Assembly: GCA_038214755.1 (NCBI GenBank)
Contig: JBBQRQ010000074.1
Span: 1 to 26,009, forward strand
Length of the DNA stretch: 26,009 bases
Direction of reading: 5' to 3'
DNA from: Verrucomicrobiota bacterium
Lineage (GTDB): Bacteria; Verrucomicrobiota; Verrucomicrobiia; Limisphaerales; CANJXF01
In this document: piece after piece, positions 10,099 through 18,506 of the stretch
How positions within the stretch are numbered: the stretch's first letter is position 1
Layout of the letters: each line of letters begins with the position of its first letter
Program-made: the position numbers and the translations under genes
The notes under the pieces: generated by a model
Told to the model about the DNA's origin: nothing
What the model saw: the letters and a program-made list of their open reading frames with translations, nothing else
Databases searched by the model: none

Positions 10099-10473
10099 CT
10101 AGGTACTAGGAGGCGGCAAAAGAAGACCACTGGGTGCAAAAAACTCACCATCGTCTTCCCTGAACGAAACAATCCCTCCAACAATAAAACCCAACCACTC
10201 ATGGCCTTTAATGGAGTAGACCTTATTCCCGGACTCGATCATTTGAGCCGGATTGCTGTGGAAGTCTTCCAAAAATGCTGCATCAATCTCTTCAATCGTT
10301 ACACCTTCAAACCAAGACCTCAACTCCATGGCCCTGACATCTTGGAACAATATGTCAATTCTCGTCGGAGCTTGCTTCGTCTTTCTGCTTCGCAATAATA
10401 ATAGACCATGGCTTGCAGCATAGCTGAAGATCACAAAGCTCCGCTTGGATTCAAATATAGGAGTATTACTCAT
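10099..10473 (-). CDS. Putative cognate immunity protein of the RHS toxin
   Basis: 124-aa ORF with an ATGA overlap with the RHS stop (10470-10473). No signal peptide, and it sits in the canonical toxin-immunity position. Confidence 0.8.
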   Translation of the reverse strand: MSNTPIFESKRSFVIFSYAASHGLLLLRSRKTKQAPTRIDILFQDVRAMELRSWFEGVTIEEIDAAFLEDFHSNPAQMIESGNKVYSIKGHEWLGFIVGGIVSFREDDGEFFAPSGLLLPPPST

Positions 10474-13400
10474 TTTATGAATGGATTAGGCATTGGGGTC
10501 AATTGTCCGGGCTGATAAAAATTCGCTTGAGGGAGGCGTCCAGCCTGTTGCAGTCGTTGTAATTCCCAACCCGTGTGAGAGCCACTTTGCATCTCGTTCA
10601 TAATCATTTCCGCTGGTGTATCCCCGAAGAACCCACCCATGTTAATATGAAAAGTTGTCGTAGGGTTCTCCACATGGGAAAGGAAAACGTTCTTCCATTG
10701 ATTATTCGGCAGGTCCAAGAGATGGTTGGCTCCTATGTCTGAGGCGAATGTTCGTAACCCGCTAAACCTGGATCCTAATGCTATATTCGCGCCCCCTCCT
10801 GCGGCAACGCGCTCCACTCTTGTTGCGATACGCGCGCCGGTAAGTCCGACACGTTCCAACGGAATTAGCGATAAACCAACACTGGCAGCGGCCAGGATTC
10901 TCTCCTGACTGGTGACTCGGTTATTATACAGATCATAGCCTGTGGTAGCCGACGTGACATCCCCGGCCAAGCCCAATGTCACTACATTCAGGAAGCCCGC
11001 CGCCAGGTTCCGTCCTGCATTGGGATCGCCATAGTGCCGCGCATCGGCTTGCAGATTTTGGGTTTGCTGATACCAGGATTGCGATTGGAGCCAGGACGCG
11101 GAACTCGCTGCTGCAATTGCACCCAACCCGAATGGATCACTCATACTGATAGGATTGCCATCGGCATAAGCGTAGTGGTTCAAGCCACCGGAGAAGCCGC
11201 TAGGGTCGGCGTTGATGAAGCGACATAGGAACGGATTGTAATATCTGGCCCGCATGTAGAGCAGGCCGTTGCTGTCGGTCTGGACTCCATAACGTCCGTT
11301 ATAGAGGAATGGCGTGTCCGTTGTGCCAGTGCGGTACGTGGTAGTTCCATAAGCAGAGTATTCAACGCGGTCAGTGACGATGCCGCTGCCATCAGTCAAC
11401 GCTACGGTGCTGCCACGACAATCGTAATGATAGGTCTTGGTATTTCCCGCATCATCCGCCTCATAAAGCAAGCCGAGGCCATAGACGTAGTAGTTAGTCA
11501 CTCCATTCTTCCCACGGATGAGCACTTGTGAGAGAGCGGCGTTCGGATTGATGATGAAGCGCGTTACGTTTGTCCCGTTGGTTATAGATGTCCTGCTCCC
11601 CGTTGGATCGTAACCATAAGTCAGGGACGCCGTCGAAGTCGTCCCTACCAGCCGATTGCGCGCGTCATACGTGTAAGTGGCAAACGTGCCATTGGTGAGC
11701 GGCGCACCTGTTATGTTGCCATCCGAATCATTCGTCACTGCCGTGCTGTTGAACGTTGCCAGACGGTTGTCATCATCATAGGTCATCACTCGTGTGGGCG
11801 GCGTGTAGGCATGAGGTAGTGGCGCGGCAAATTCCCATTCCATTCTTGCGGCGCTGTTCCAATTGAATTTGAAGAAGGCAATCGGGACTCCTATTCCCAT
11901 CCGCTCGATGATGTTCGTTGTCTGTCCCGCGGCATCGTAGAAGAGTTCACGCACGGTGTTGTTCGGACGCGTGATCTTCTTTAACCGATTGGCGAGATCG
12001 TATTCCATGCTCGTCTTGCGGTTTGCCCAGTCGGTCACGTTCGTCAGCCGGTTCAAGCTATCGTATGCATAATAGACATTCTTGCTGTCAGGATAAACGA
12101 GGTTCGTCAGATTGCCGTTCGGGTCGTAGCGATATTGAAGAAGGTTGTTATCCGCATCGCGGTAAGTAACAGCACGGTCATAAGCGTCATACGTCCAGAC
12201 ATTCGACTTTCCTAATTCAATGACGTTCGTCGCATTGTCATTGAAGTCATAGCGATAGAGAGTCGTCGCGACTCCATCGACGCGATTGGTCAAGCGGCCT
12301 TTCGCATCGTAATTATTCGTCGCTGATTGGGTAGATGGTTCCTTTACCGATGAAACCAATCCGCGATTATCATAAGTCAACTTAGTTTCGCGTCCTAGCG
12401 GTGTAACCGTGTTCGTCAAACGATTGGCGGCATCAAATTGAAACTGCCACTTCTTTCCGTTCCTATTCGTCAGCGTAACTTGGTTGCCCCCTTCGTCATA
12501 GACACTCGAGGCGGTATGACCCGCTCCGTCTATTACCTTGACTGCTTCACCCCGCGCGTTCCATTCCTGTCGGGTTACTTCCAAAGCCGCATTGGTCGTT
12601 TGCGTTTGGCGTCCGACAGCGTCATAGACAGCTCGGCTCGTTCGCAGGAGAGGATCGGTTACGCTCGTGACTCGGCCCGCTATATCGTTAGTGTAGAGCG
12701 TGGGTTGTTGAAGTGGGTTCAGGGTGCGTAGCACCCAATCGCGATTGTCATAGATATTGGTTACTATCGGCGTGCCTTGGGCAGTTACCGGGTAAATAGT
12801 CGCCAGTTGTTTCTGCGTGGCGCTCCAAAGATTGCTCACGACAAAACTCCGTGCATCTGTCGCACTCACTGCATTGCCCACGGCATCAAAGGCTATCTTG
12901 GTAATAATGTTAGTCGGCGCTATTGTGTTAGTTACTTGTCGGCGCGCGTTGTATTCAAAGCTGGTCACGAAGTTACGCGCATTCGTATAACTCAGGACAT
13001 CTCCATTGGCGCTGTTCAGAAAACTATTTGTGCCAAGACTGCCCGAAGAGATGACAGTCTTCAATTGTCCCCAAGTATCGTAGGTAAAGCTGCTTGTTCC
13101 TCCCGGATCGCTTTGACTGGTTAGAGTCCCGTCCGTCGTACTGTAAACAAAAGTCTTCCAATCACCCGCTCCATTGGTCATTCCGGTCAATTGATGTTTG
13201 GTATTGTAACCGAATGAATTGATTTTACCTCGCGCATCGACGCTCTGACTTAACCGATTGGAGGAATCATAACTGAACTGATTGGTGAAATTCAGCGCGT
13301 CAATCGAACGGACCAAGTTGTTTCGTCCGTCATATATCATTCGGTTTGTCTCGTTCAACGCAGAGATGGAGATCACGGCGTGGTCATGGCCGTCATAGAA

Positions 13401-16400
13401 GGTTTGGCTTAGATTTCCCAAGGCATCCTTTACTCCAATCGGGCGATGTTGTTCGTCGTAGTAAAAGAGCCGCTTGCTTCCCGCCGGGTCTTCCTCTGTA
13501 TTCATGTAACCGCTCCAATACAAGCGCCAGCGCCGGTTGGTGTCGCCAGCGGTGTATTGTTCTACCACACGCCCGAAACCATCGTAGATGTTGCTTGTGA
13601 TGGTTTGGTTTAACTCATCCTTAGTTGCAATGATTTGATGATTGGTATCATAAAGATAGGTGCCTGCCGCCTTTTCAACATTCGTGACCGCCACGAGATC
13701 AATACCGCTGGTATTGGCAACATAGCTAAAGCCAATCGAACGCCCGGTGCTATCCGTCACACTATCCAAATGCTTTGGCGTGCCGGAGTAGGCCAGGGTC
13801 AAGGTGCGGTTCTTCCAGTCGGTGATCAAAGTAGGAAGAGAACTGGTGCTGTTGAGATAGGTAAACGTGAGGTCTTGAAGATAGGGATCGACGATGCTGG
13901 TCAGCCGGCCTTTGGCGTCGAAGTTAAAGGTGTTCTTATTCCGTTCCTTTAGCGCATAGGTTGTCCCGGTCTTGGTCAAGGTCATGGTGCAGTTGGCTGG
14001 CGGAGTATAGGAACCGTCCGGTTGTTTCACAAACTCCAGAGTGTCATTGCCCATCGTAATTGAGATTCCGTTATCAATCAGTTGATCGATTCCCCACTTT
14101 GCAATGAGCGCGGTGACAGTCCATTTTTTGACATCCTCGGCAGTTGTATAAAGGTTCAATGCCGCGCAGGTTGCGACCAGCATGGAAGCCATTTGTGCCG
14201 GAGTGCTTCGACCCAGGCCTGCTTCGGGCGAACTGATTTGCGCGAGGTTGAAATAGTAGTTATGCAGCCAGCCATTCGCCATGCCCGCCAGATTATGTCG
14301 CCGTCGCGCCGGGTTGTAATACCGGGTAAAGGCCAGTCCTTTCGGTTCAGCTTCACCAATAGATAAATCAAGGGAGTTAATATAGAATGAACCATCCGCC
14401 ATGTTGACCGGGTCCGCGCCATGAAAACTCGGAATCGAAGGCGGTTGCGGCGCGAAATAGGTGGGTGCGGCATAACTGGATTGATAAACAAAGGGTGGAT
14501 TAACAAAAGCGGAAGGACTGGAAACAAAGCCTCCATTGTAACCGCCCTCGATTTTCAGACGGATACTGCTATTGCCGGTGGTTGCCTTAATGATCAAGCC
14601 GTAACCTGCCCAGCCCGCACCTGCGACCAACCGATGACCATCCTTCGGCAGAAGCAACGTATTGGTGGCATTGATATATCCCTGTAAAAGGTTGGTGTCG
14701 TAATTGACTAACTGACTCTTGAGTGTTGCCCAATTACCGCTGTTCAATAAATAAATAGGGACTGACGCAGCAGTGGCGGATTGAAGCATCTTGATGGTGG
14801 AAGCTCCAACCAGACCATCAGTTTGGAGTTGTTCAATTATGCCATGTTCAAGAGCACTTTCAAAGTAACCCGCAAGGTCAAGGAACTTCGATAATTGACC
14901 GATACCTTCCAGGGTCCGCCCTTTCTCTGGAAAATCCAACGCAAGCTGCGCATAGGCGTCAATATAGTAGCCGCGACCTTGCTCTTGCGCCATGCGTCCG
15001 AGGCGATGATGATACTGGGTGAGCACGTCGCTTTGCCGCGCCAGTATATGTTCGCTTAATGCCGTCTGAAACATCCAGTTCAATCCCATGACATTCAGTG
15101 TTTCGCTCGTTACTTCACGCGAGGTGTTGGTTAAACCCATTTGCACATAAGCATCTAATTTCTTTTGGCGCAGTCGTAACAGTTCACTGCCCGCTTCAAA
15201 GCTATAAAGCAATGCGTAGGTGGAGTTGGTTCGTTGGTAGGTTATGGTCACGGATTGATCGTTTGTGATTGAATTACGGAGAGTATTGGCGGTGGTCCAT
15301 TGTCCATGAGGATGATCGATGCTGAGTGTTAGATCAACCGTTCGGCCACCGGTGGTTGATTGTTGTAAAAGAAGGTTGTCTTCCTGCCACAGCTTACCCA
15401 ACCCGTTGGCGTCGAAAGTCAGTGATAAACGCTGCCCTTGCAGGGACGGAACAAACCATTGATAATTGGTTCCCCCAATGCTGATGGCCAGAGTCGTCAT
15501 CAAACTGGTCGGCAAATTGGTCCAACTTAACAACGGAAGAACCCCATTCAGATCGTCCCGCGGGAAAAGTGGGGTCTGACTTAACTCATTGGTCCAGGGA
15601 ACGATTCTGCGTCCACCCAGAATTTCTTCGACCGAAGCATTGGGACAATTTGATTGCAGATAGCCCAGTAAGTTCGTGGTGTAATCGCGTAGCTTGTTGC
15701 GCAAAGGAGTTTCTGTCAGATTATCCACGTAGCCCGTGCCGAGAACGCCCGCTGCATTGGTCATCAGCGCGTTGGTGCTTAGACCGGTGGCCGTAAGCAG
15801 ATTGGTTCCGATGATCGCTTCACTCACCTTGAAAGCAGGATCGAAGTAATAGTTGGTGGAGCCAATGGTCAGCGCCACCCAAACCCGATGGAATTCAATC
15901 GTTGAATTGCTACTGGGCCATACATACGGATAGCCTCGAGCCAGCAATAGAGCCGCAGATGAATTATACGACGTTGTCCAATCGGTATTGGGGAGGTTAA
16001 ATTCAAACCAATGCTGTAAATCATTATGATCCGAGCTTTCATACGGCATCCGCATCAGACTGAATTGGTAAGTGGTATTAGTATGTCCCGCCGCGCGCAG
16101 CAATGCCACCAACAACGCGCATTGATCAAAGTCATTGCCGGAACGTTCCAATAGTGTCAGCTGCGCTCCTTTCTTGGACCCAAAATACAGGACGTGTCGA
16201 ATATAATCATGGACGTATCGGAAGATGCGAAGCGGATCATTTTCCAAACCTCGCGCCAGTTCTTGAATTTCCGGCGTGACCGCTTCCGCGATAGCGTCAG
16301 GAGCATTAATGTATCCCTCAGACTTAGCCTCGTCCGGGGACACTAGTTCGCTGATAGGCCCCGAATCATCTATCGTCGCATTAAACCAACCCGGTTCCGT

Positions 16401-16475
16401 AAACTGTTGTGCGTGGCCAACCGCAGCGGTTGTTATCAGCAGGAGGAATAAACAAAAAATTCGGGTGTATTTCAT
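10470..16475 (-). CDS. RHS/YD-repeat polymorphic toxin with Sec signal peptide, transglutaminase-like N-terminal domain, RHS core and C-terminal toxin
   Basis: Signal peptide MKYTRIFCLFLLLITTAAVGHA|Q. TGase-like segment (IFRYVHDYI...GNDFDQCALLVALLRAAG...VWVAL...YFDPAFK). DPVNMADG at about 14414, many YD repeats, core end RARYYNP...DPSG...GNPISMSDPFGL, then a 217-aa C-terminal extension. Confidence 0.93.
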   Translation of the reverse strand: MKYTRIFCLFLLLITTAAVGHAQQFTEPGWFNATIDDSGPISELVSPDEAKSEGYINAPDAIAEAVTPEIQELARGLENDPLRIFRYVHDYIRHVLYFGSKKGAQLTLLERSGNDFDQCALLVALLRAAGHTNTTYQFSLMRMPYESSDHNDLQHWFEFNLPNTDWTTSYNSSAALLLARGYPYVWPSSNSTIEFHRVWVALTIGSTNYYFDPAFKVSEAIIGTNLLTATGLSTNALMTNAAGVLGTGYVDNLTETPLRNKLRDYTTNLLGYLQSNCPNASVEEILGGRRIVPWTNELSQTPLFPRDDLNGVLPLLSWTNLPTSLMTTLAISIGGTNYQWFVPSLQGQRLSLTFDANGLGKLWQEDNLLLQQSTTGGRTVDLTLSIDHPHGQWTTANTLRNSITNDQSVTITYQRTNSTYALLYSFEAGSELLRLRQKKLDAYVQMGLTNTSREVTSETLNVMGLNWMFQTALSEHILARQSDVLTQYHHRLGRMAQEQGRGYYIDAYAQLALDFPEKGRTLEGIGQLSKFLDLAGYFESALEHGIIEQLQTDGLVGASTIKMLQSATAASVPIYLLNSGNWATLKSQLVNYDTNLLQGYINATNTLLLPKDGHRLVAGAGWAGYGLIIKATTGNSSIRLKIEGGYNGGFVSSPSAFVNPPFVYQSSYAAPTYFAPQPPSIPSFHGADPVNMADGSFYINSLDLSIGEAEPKGLAFTRYYNPARRRHNLAGMANGWLHNYYFNLAQISSPEAGLGRSTPAQMASMLVATCAALNLYTTAEDVKKWTVTALIAKWGIDQLIDNGISITMGNDTLEFVKQPDGSYTPPANCTMTLTKTGTTYALKERNKNTFNFDAKGRLTSIVDPYLQDLTFTYLNSTSSLPTLITDWKNRTLTLAYSGTPKHLDSVTDSTGRSIGFSYVANTSGIDLVAVTNVEKAAGTYLYDTNHQIIATKDELNQTITSNIYDGFGRVVEQYTAGDTNRRWRLYWSGYMNTEEDPAGSKRLFYYDEQHRPIGVKDALGNLSQTFYDGHDHAVISISALNETNRMIYDGRNNLVRSIDALNFTNQFSYDSSNRLSQSVDARGKINSFGYNTKHQLTGMTNGAGDWKTFVYSTTDGTLTSQSDPGGTSSFTYDTWGQLKTVISSGSLGTNSFLNSANGDVLSYTNARNFVTSFEYNARRQVTNTIAPTNIITKIAFDAVGNAVSATDARSFVVSNLWSATQKQLATIYPVTAQGTPIVTNIYDNRDWVLRTLNPLQQPTLYTNDIAGRVTSVTDPLLRTSRAVYDAVGRQTQTTNAALEVTRQEWNARGEAVKVIDGAGHTASSVYDEGGNQVTLTNRNGKKWQFQFDAANRLTNTVTPLGRETKLTYDNRGLVSSVKEPSTQSATNNYDAKGRLTNRVDGVATTLYRYDFNDNATNVIELGKSNVWTYDAYDRAVTYRDADNNLLQYRYDPNGNLTNLVYPDSKNVYYAYDSLNRLTNVTDWANRKTSMEYDLANRLKKITRPNNTVRELFYDAAGQTTNIIERMGIGVPIAFFKFNWNSAARMEWEFAAPLPHAYTPPTRVMTYDDDNRLATFNSTAVTNDSDGNITGAPLTNGTFATYTYDARNRLVGTTSTASLTYGYDPTGSRTSITNGTNVTRFIINPNAALSQVLIRGKNGVTNYYVYGLGLLYEADDAGNTKTYHYDCRGSTVALTDGSGIVTDRVEYSAYGTTTYRTGTTDTPFLYNGRYGVQTDSNGLLYMRARYYNPFLCRFINADPSGFSGGLNHYAYADGNPISMSDPFGLGAIAAASSASWLQSQSWYQQTQNLQADARHYGDPNAGRNLAAGFLNVVTLGLAGDVTSATTGYDLYNNRVTSQERILAAASVGLSLIPLERVGLTGARIATRVERVAAGGGANIALGSRFSGLRTFASDIGANHLLDLPNNQWKNVFLSHVENPTTTFHINMGGFFGDTPAEMIMNEMQSGSHTGWELQRLQQAGRLPQANFYQPGQLTPMPNPFIK
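10801..11000. repeat. RHS pre-toxin linker repeat (copy 1, PT-TG-like)
   Basis: Encodes AGFLNVVTLGLAGDVTSATTGYDLYNNRVTSQERILAAASVGLSLIPLERVGLTGARIATRVERVAA and is duplicated at 9865-10064. Confidence 0.85.
11623..11648 (-). repeat. Single GTAG-type REP-like hairpin within the RHS gene
   Basis: The minus strand reads GTAGGGACGACTTCGACGGCGTCCCT (GTAG + AGGGACG/CGTCCCT stem) and encodes VGTTSTASL. There is no second copy in the window. Confidence 0.45.
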
Positions 16476-16486
16476 AGACTTAGCTT

Positions 16487-18055
16487 TTATGGGGTCGCCT
16501 GCGAAACGTTTGCTTCGGAATCCAGACCGATGGTTTCAATGCGCTTGCCTGAAATAGTTCGCAGCCACGCATCCGTGCCATAGGTGTAGTTTAGCCTTCC
16601 GCTGCTTTGCGCCGATTCATCAACCCGCGGGTTCAGGCCCGACATGACTTCCCATCCATCAAGAATCCCGTCTCCATCCGTGTCTGGATTAAGTGGGTTG
16701 GTGTGGCTCATCAACCGTTCATAGGCGTCCGTTAATCCGTCGCTGTCACTATCCAGAGAAGTTCCTAAAATCAGGAAGGCGCGACTCGGCAAATTGGTAA
16801 TCGTATAAATATTGCAATGATACCCTTGCCCCATCCAAAGCCATTGACTGTTCGTGAGCGATGACCCGATAAAATCGCCCGTGGCAAAAACATCGTAAGG
16901 CAGATTGTTCGAACCGCCCGCAATTTCAAAGGTGAAGTTTACACTTTGATTTGTTGCATTCGTTCCTACTAACGTCGCGACCATGTTCGTGATCCAAACG
17001 TTGCTGCTGGTCACGCAACTCGTCGCATTCGACCCGACCCATTGCAGGTATCCCGCGCCGGTAATAGCGAGGAAAGTGGGATCATAAGAAGGAGAAGACT
17101 GCGCAGAAGATAAGTTGGCAAAGTTCAGCGGATTTAAATAGTAATAAAAAGATCCCATGCTGAACGTCCTGCTGATCCTGGCCGCGTCCAACTGGAAGTT
17201 ATAGGTCGATATATCGTCAAATATTCCGCGCGCTTGGCTCAGGCCGGCGTTGTCGCTGCCGACAAAGAAGCCTGCCGCGAGCACGTTAGTATCGGGCAAG
17301 TAAGTTACAGGCAATCCGTTGGTCGCAAGTTCTCCGTCCAGATAAAGTGCGGAGTTGGTAGGCGAGTAAGTTAGCACAATCAAATGCCAACGGTTGGTCG
17401 TCCAGGCAATCGGAGCAGAAAGATGTGTTTGGCCTGCGCCGTTGGTTTGCGAGGAGAAATAAATGTTTGCGCCGTCGGGATCGAGATAAATGCTCCACCA
17501 ACCGTAACTCGCATTGGTCGTATAAGAGCCAACTTCAATCAAGCGTCCCCATTGTCCGGGACCGTTGCCGCCTTGATTAGTTCCCGTCCAGTTTGGCGCG
17601 AACCAAAACATCAATGTTCCTTCGTTCACCGTCAGGTTGGTTACGCCGTTAGTTTCAAAGACGTTGTATTGCAGCCAAGCCCCATTGGTGTTGTCTAAAA
17701 AAAGGGCGGAACCGTTGCCGAGCGGCGAAACTTCGAGATTTGTAAATGAAACAGGCGCGTGGCCAATTTCACTTGTCCAGGTATTGGTGTTATTGAACGT
17801 CCAATTATCCAGCCAGTCGTAAGTAGGAGGATCGCCGGGGGAAGGAACGTCAGCGCGAACCAATCCGACCAGCGGAAAAAACAATAAAAGAAAAATCCCG
17901 CCGATATAACGAAAACGCCGTGCCGCCGGATTCAAAGAGAACCTTCGCTGGAAGTCGTTCTTTAAGGATGAAGGAGCGAGAGGACTTTCCTGCGACGCGG
18001 GGTCGATTGTTTTCATGGGTTGTTTTCTGGTTAATTCCAGACAGTAAATTTTCAA
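16487..18055 (-). CDS. Secreted LamG/concanavalin-A-like domain protein with thrombospondin-type-3-like Ca-binding repeats and a C-terminal YD-like hairpin (ATG at 18016 is an alternative start)
   Basis: Hydrophobic signal-like stretch ending LVRA|D. LamG3-like motifs GTLMFWF, TNRWHLIVLTY, ALYLDGEL, GIFDDISTYN. Repeats DSDSDGLTDAYE and DTDGDGILDGWE. Ends 11 nt upstream of the RHS start. Confidence 0.8.
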   Translation of the reverse strand: MKIYCLELTRKQPMKTIDPASQESPLAPSSLKNDFQRRFSLNPAARRFRYIGGIFLLLFFPLVGLVRADVPSPGDPPTYDWLDNWTFNNTNTWTSEIGHAPVSFTNLEVSPLGNGSALFLDNTNGAWLQYNVFETNGVTNLTVNEGTLMFWFAPNWTGTNQGGNGPGQWGRLIEVGSYTTNASYGWWSIYLDPDGANIYFSSQTNGAGQTHLSAPIAWTTNRWHLIVLTYSPTNSALYLDGELATNGLPVTYLPDTNVLAAGFFVGSDNAGLSQARGIFDDISTYNFQLDAARISRTFSMGSFYYYLNPLNFANLSSAQSSPSYDPTFLAITGAGYLQWVGSNATSCVTSSNVWITNMVATLVGTNATNQSVNFTFEIAGGSNNLPYDVFATGDFIGSSLTNSQWLWMGQGYHCNIYTITNLPSRAFLILGTSLDSDSDGLTDAYERLMSHTNPLNPDTDGDGILDGWEVMSGLNPRVDESAQSSGRLNYTYGTDAWLRTISGKRIETIGLDSEANVSQATP

Positions 18056-18160
18056 CTATTTCACAGAAGTGCCTCGCGCCTTCGGAGAACGTTCTTCTGA
18101 TAGGACGACACATGTTTGGGGCAACGACGGTTTAATAGCAAGGGAAATGTTCAAGCATAC

Positions 18161-18214
18161 CACGATATATGTATCGTTCACGATTCAGCACGGGCAGCGA
18201 TTTAATATATCGTG
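18161..18214. promoter_or_regulatory. Candidate operator for the XRE regulator
   Basis: Perfect 10-bp inverted repeat CACGATATAT (18161-18170) / ATATATCGTG (18205-18214), which overlaps the GTG start. It contains two CGAT-N6/7-ATCG palindromes. Confidence 0.4.
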
Positions 18215-18442
18215 CCTCTGAGGAAAAAAGAATGGAACAGACTGAAGGTGTATGGCGCGAATGTGCGGCGCGAACGGGTGAGGAAAGGCTGGACGCAAGA
18301 AAAGCTCGCGGAAGAATCTGAAATTGCCACAAGGAATTTACAAAAAATTGAAGGTGGAGAAATTAATGTCCTGCTTACCACCGCATTTAGAATTCAACTG
18401 GCTCTTCGTTGCTCTTGGAAGCGTCTCGGCCCACCCGAATGA
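18212..18442 (+). CDS. XRE-family helix-turn-helix transcriptional regulator
   Basis: 76 aa: GANVRRERVRKGWTQEKLAE...NLQKIEGGEINVLLTTAFRIQLAL, a typical HTH_3 pattern. Divergent from the RHS operon. Confidence 0.9.
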   Translation: MPLRKKEWNRLKVYGANVRRERVRKGWTQEKLAEESEIATRNLQKIEGGEINVLLTTAFRIQLALRCSWKRLGPPE

Positions 18443-18506
18443 TGCAAACCGAAGCGGCATTTACAATAAACTTCGAAGAAGCAAATAAGACTTCGCGTTC
18501 GTTACT

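Noticed and set aside
9981..10202. 73-aa ORF as an independent gene
   Set aside because: Its 5' half overlaps the immunity gene in another frame, and its 3' half is the start of the orphan toxin pseudogene.
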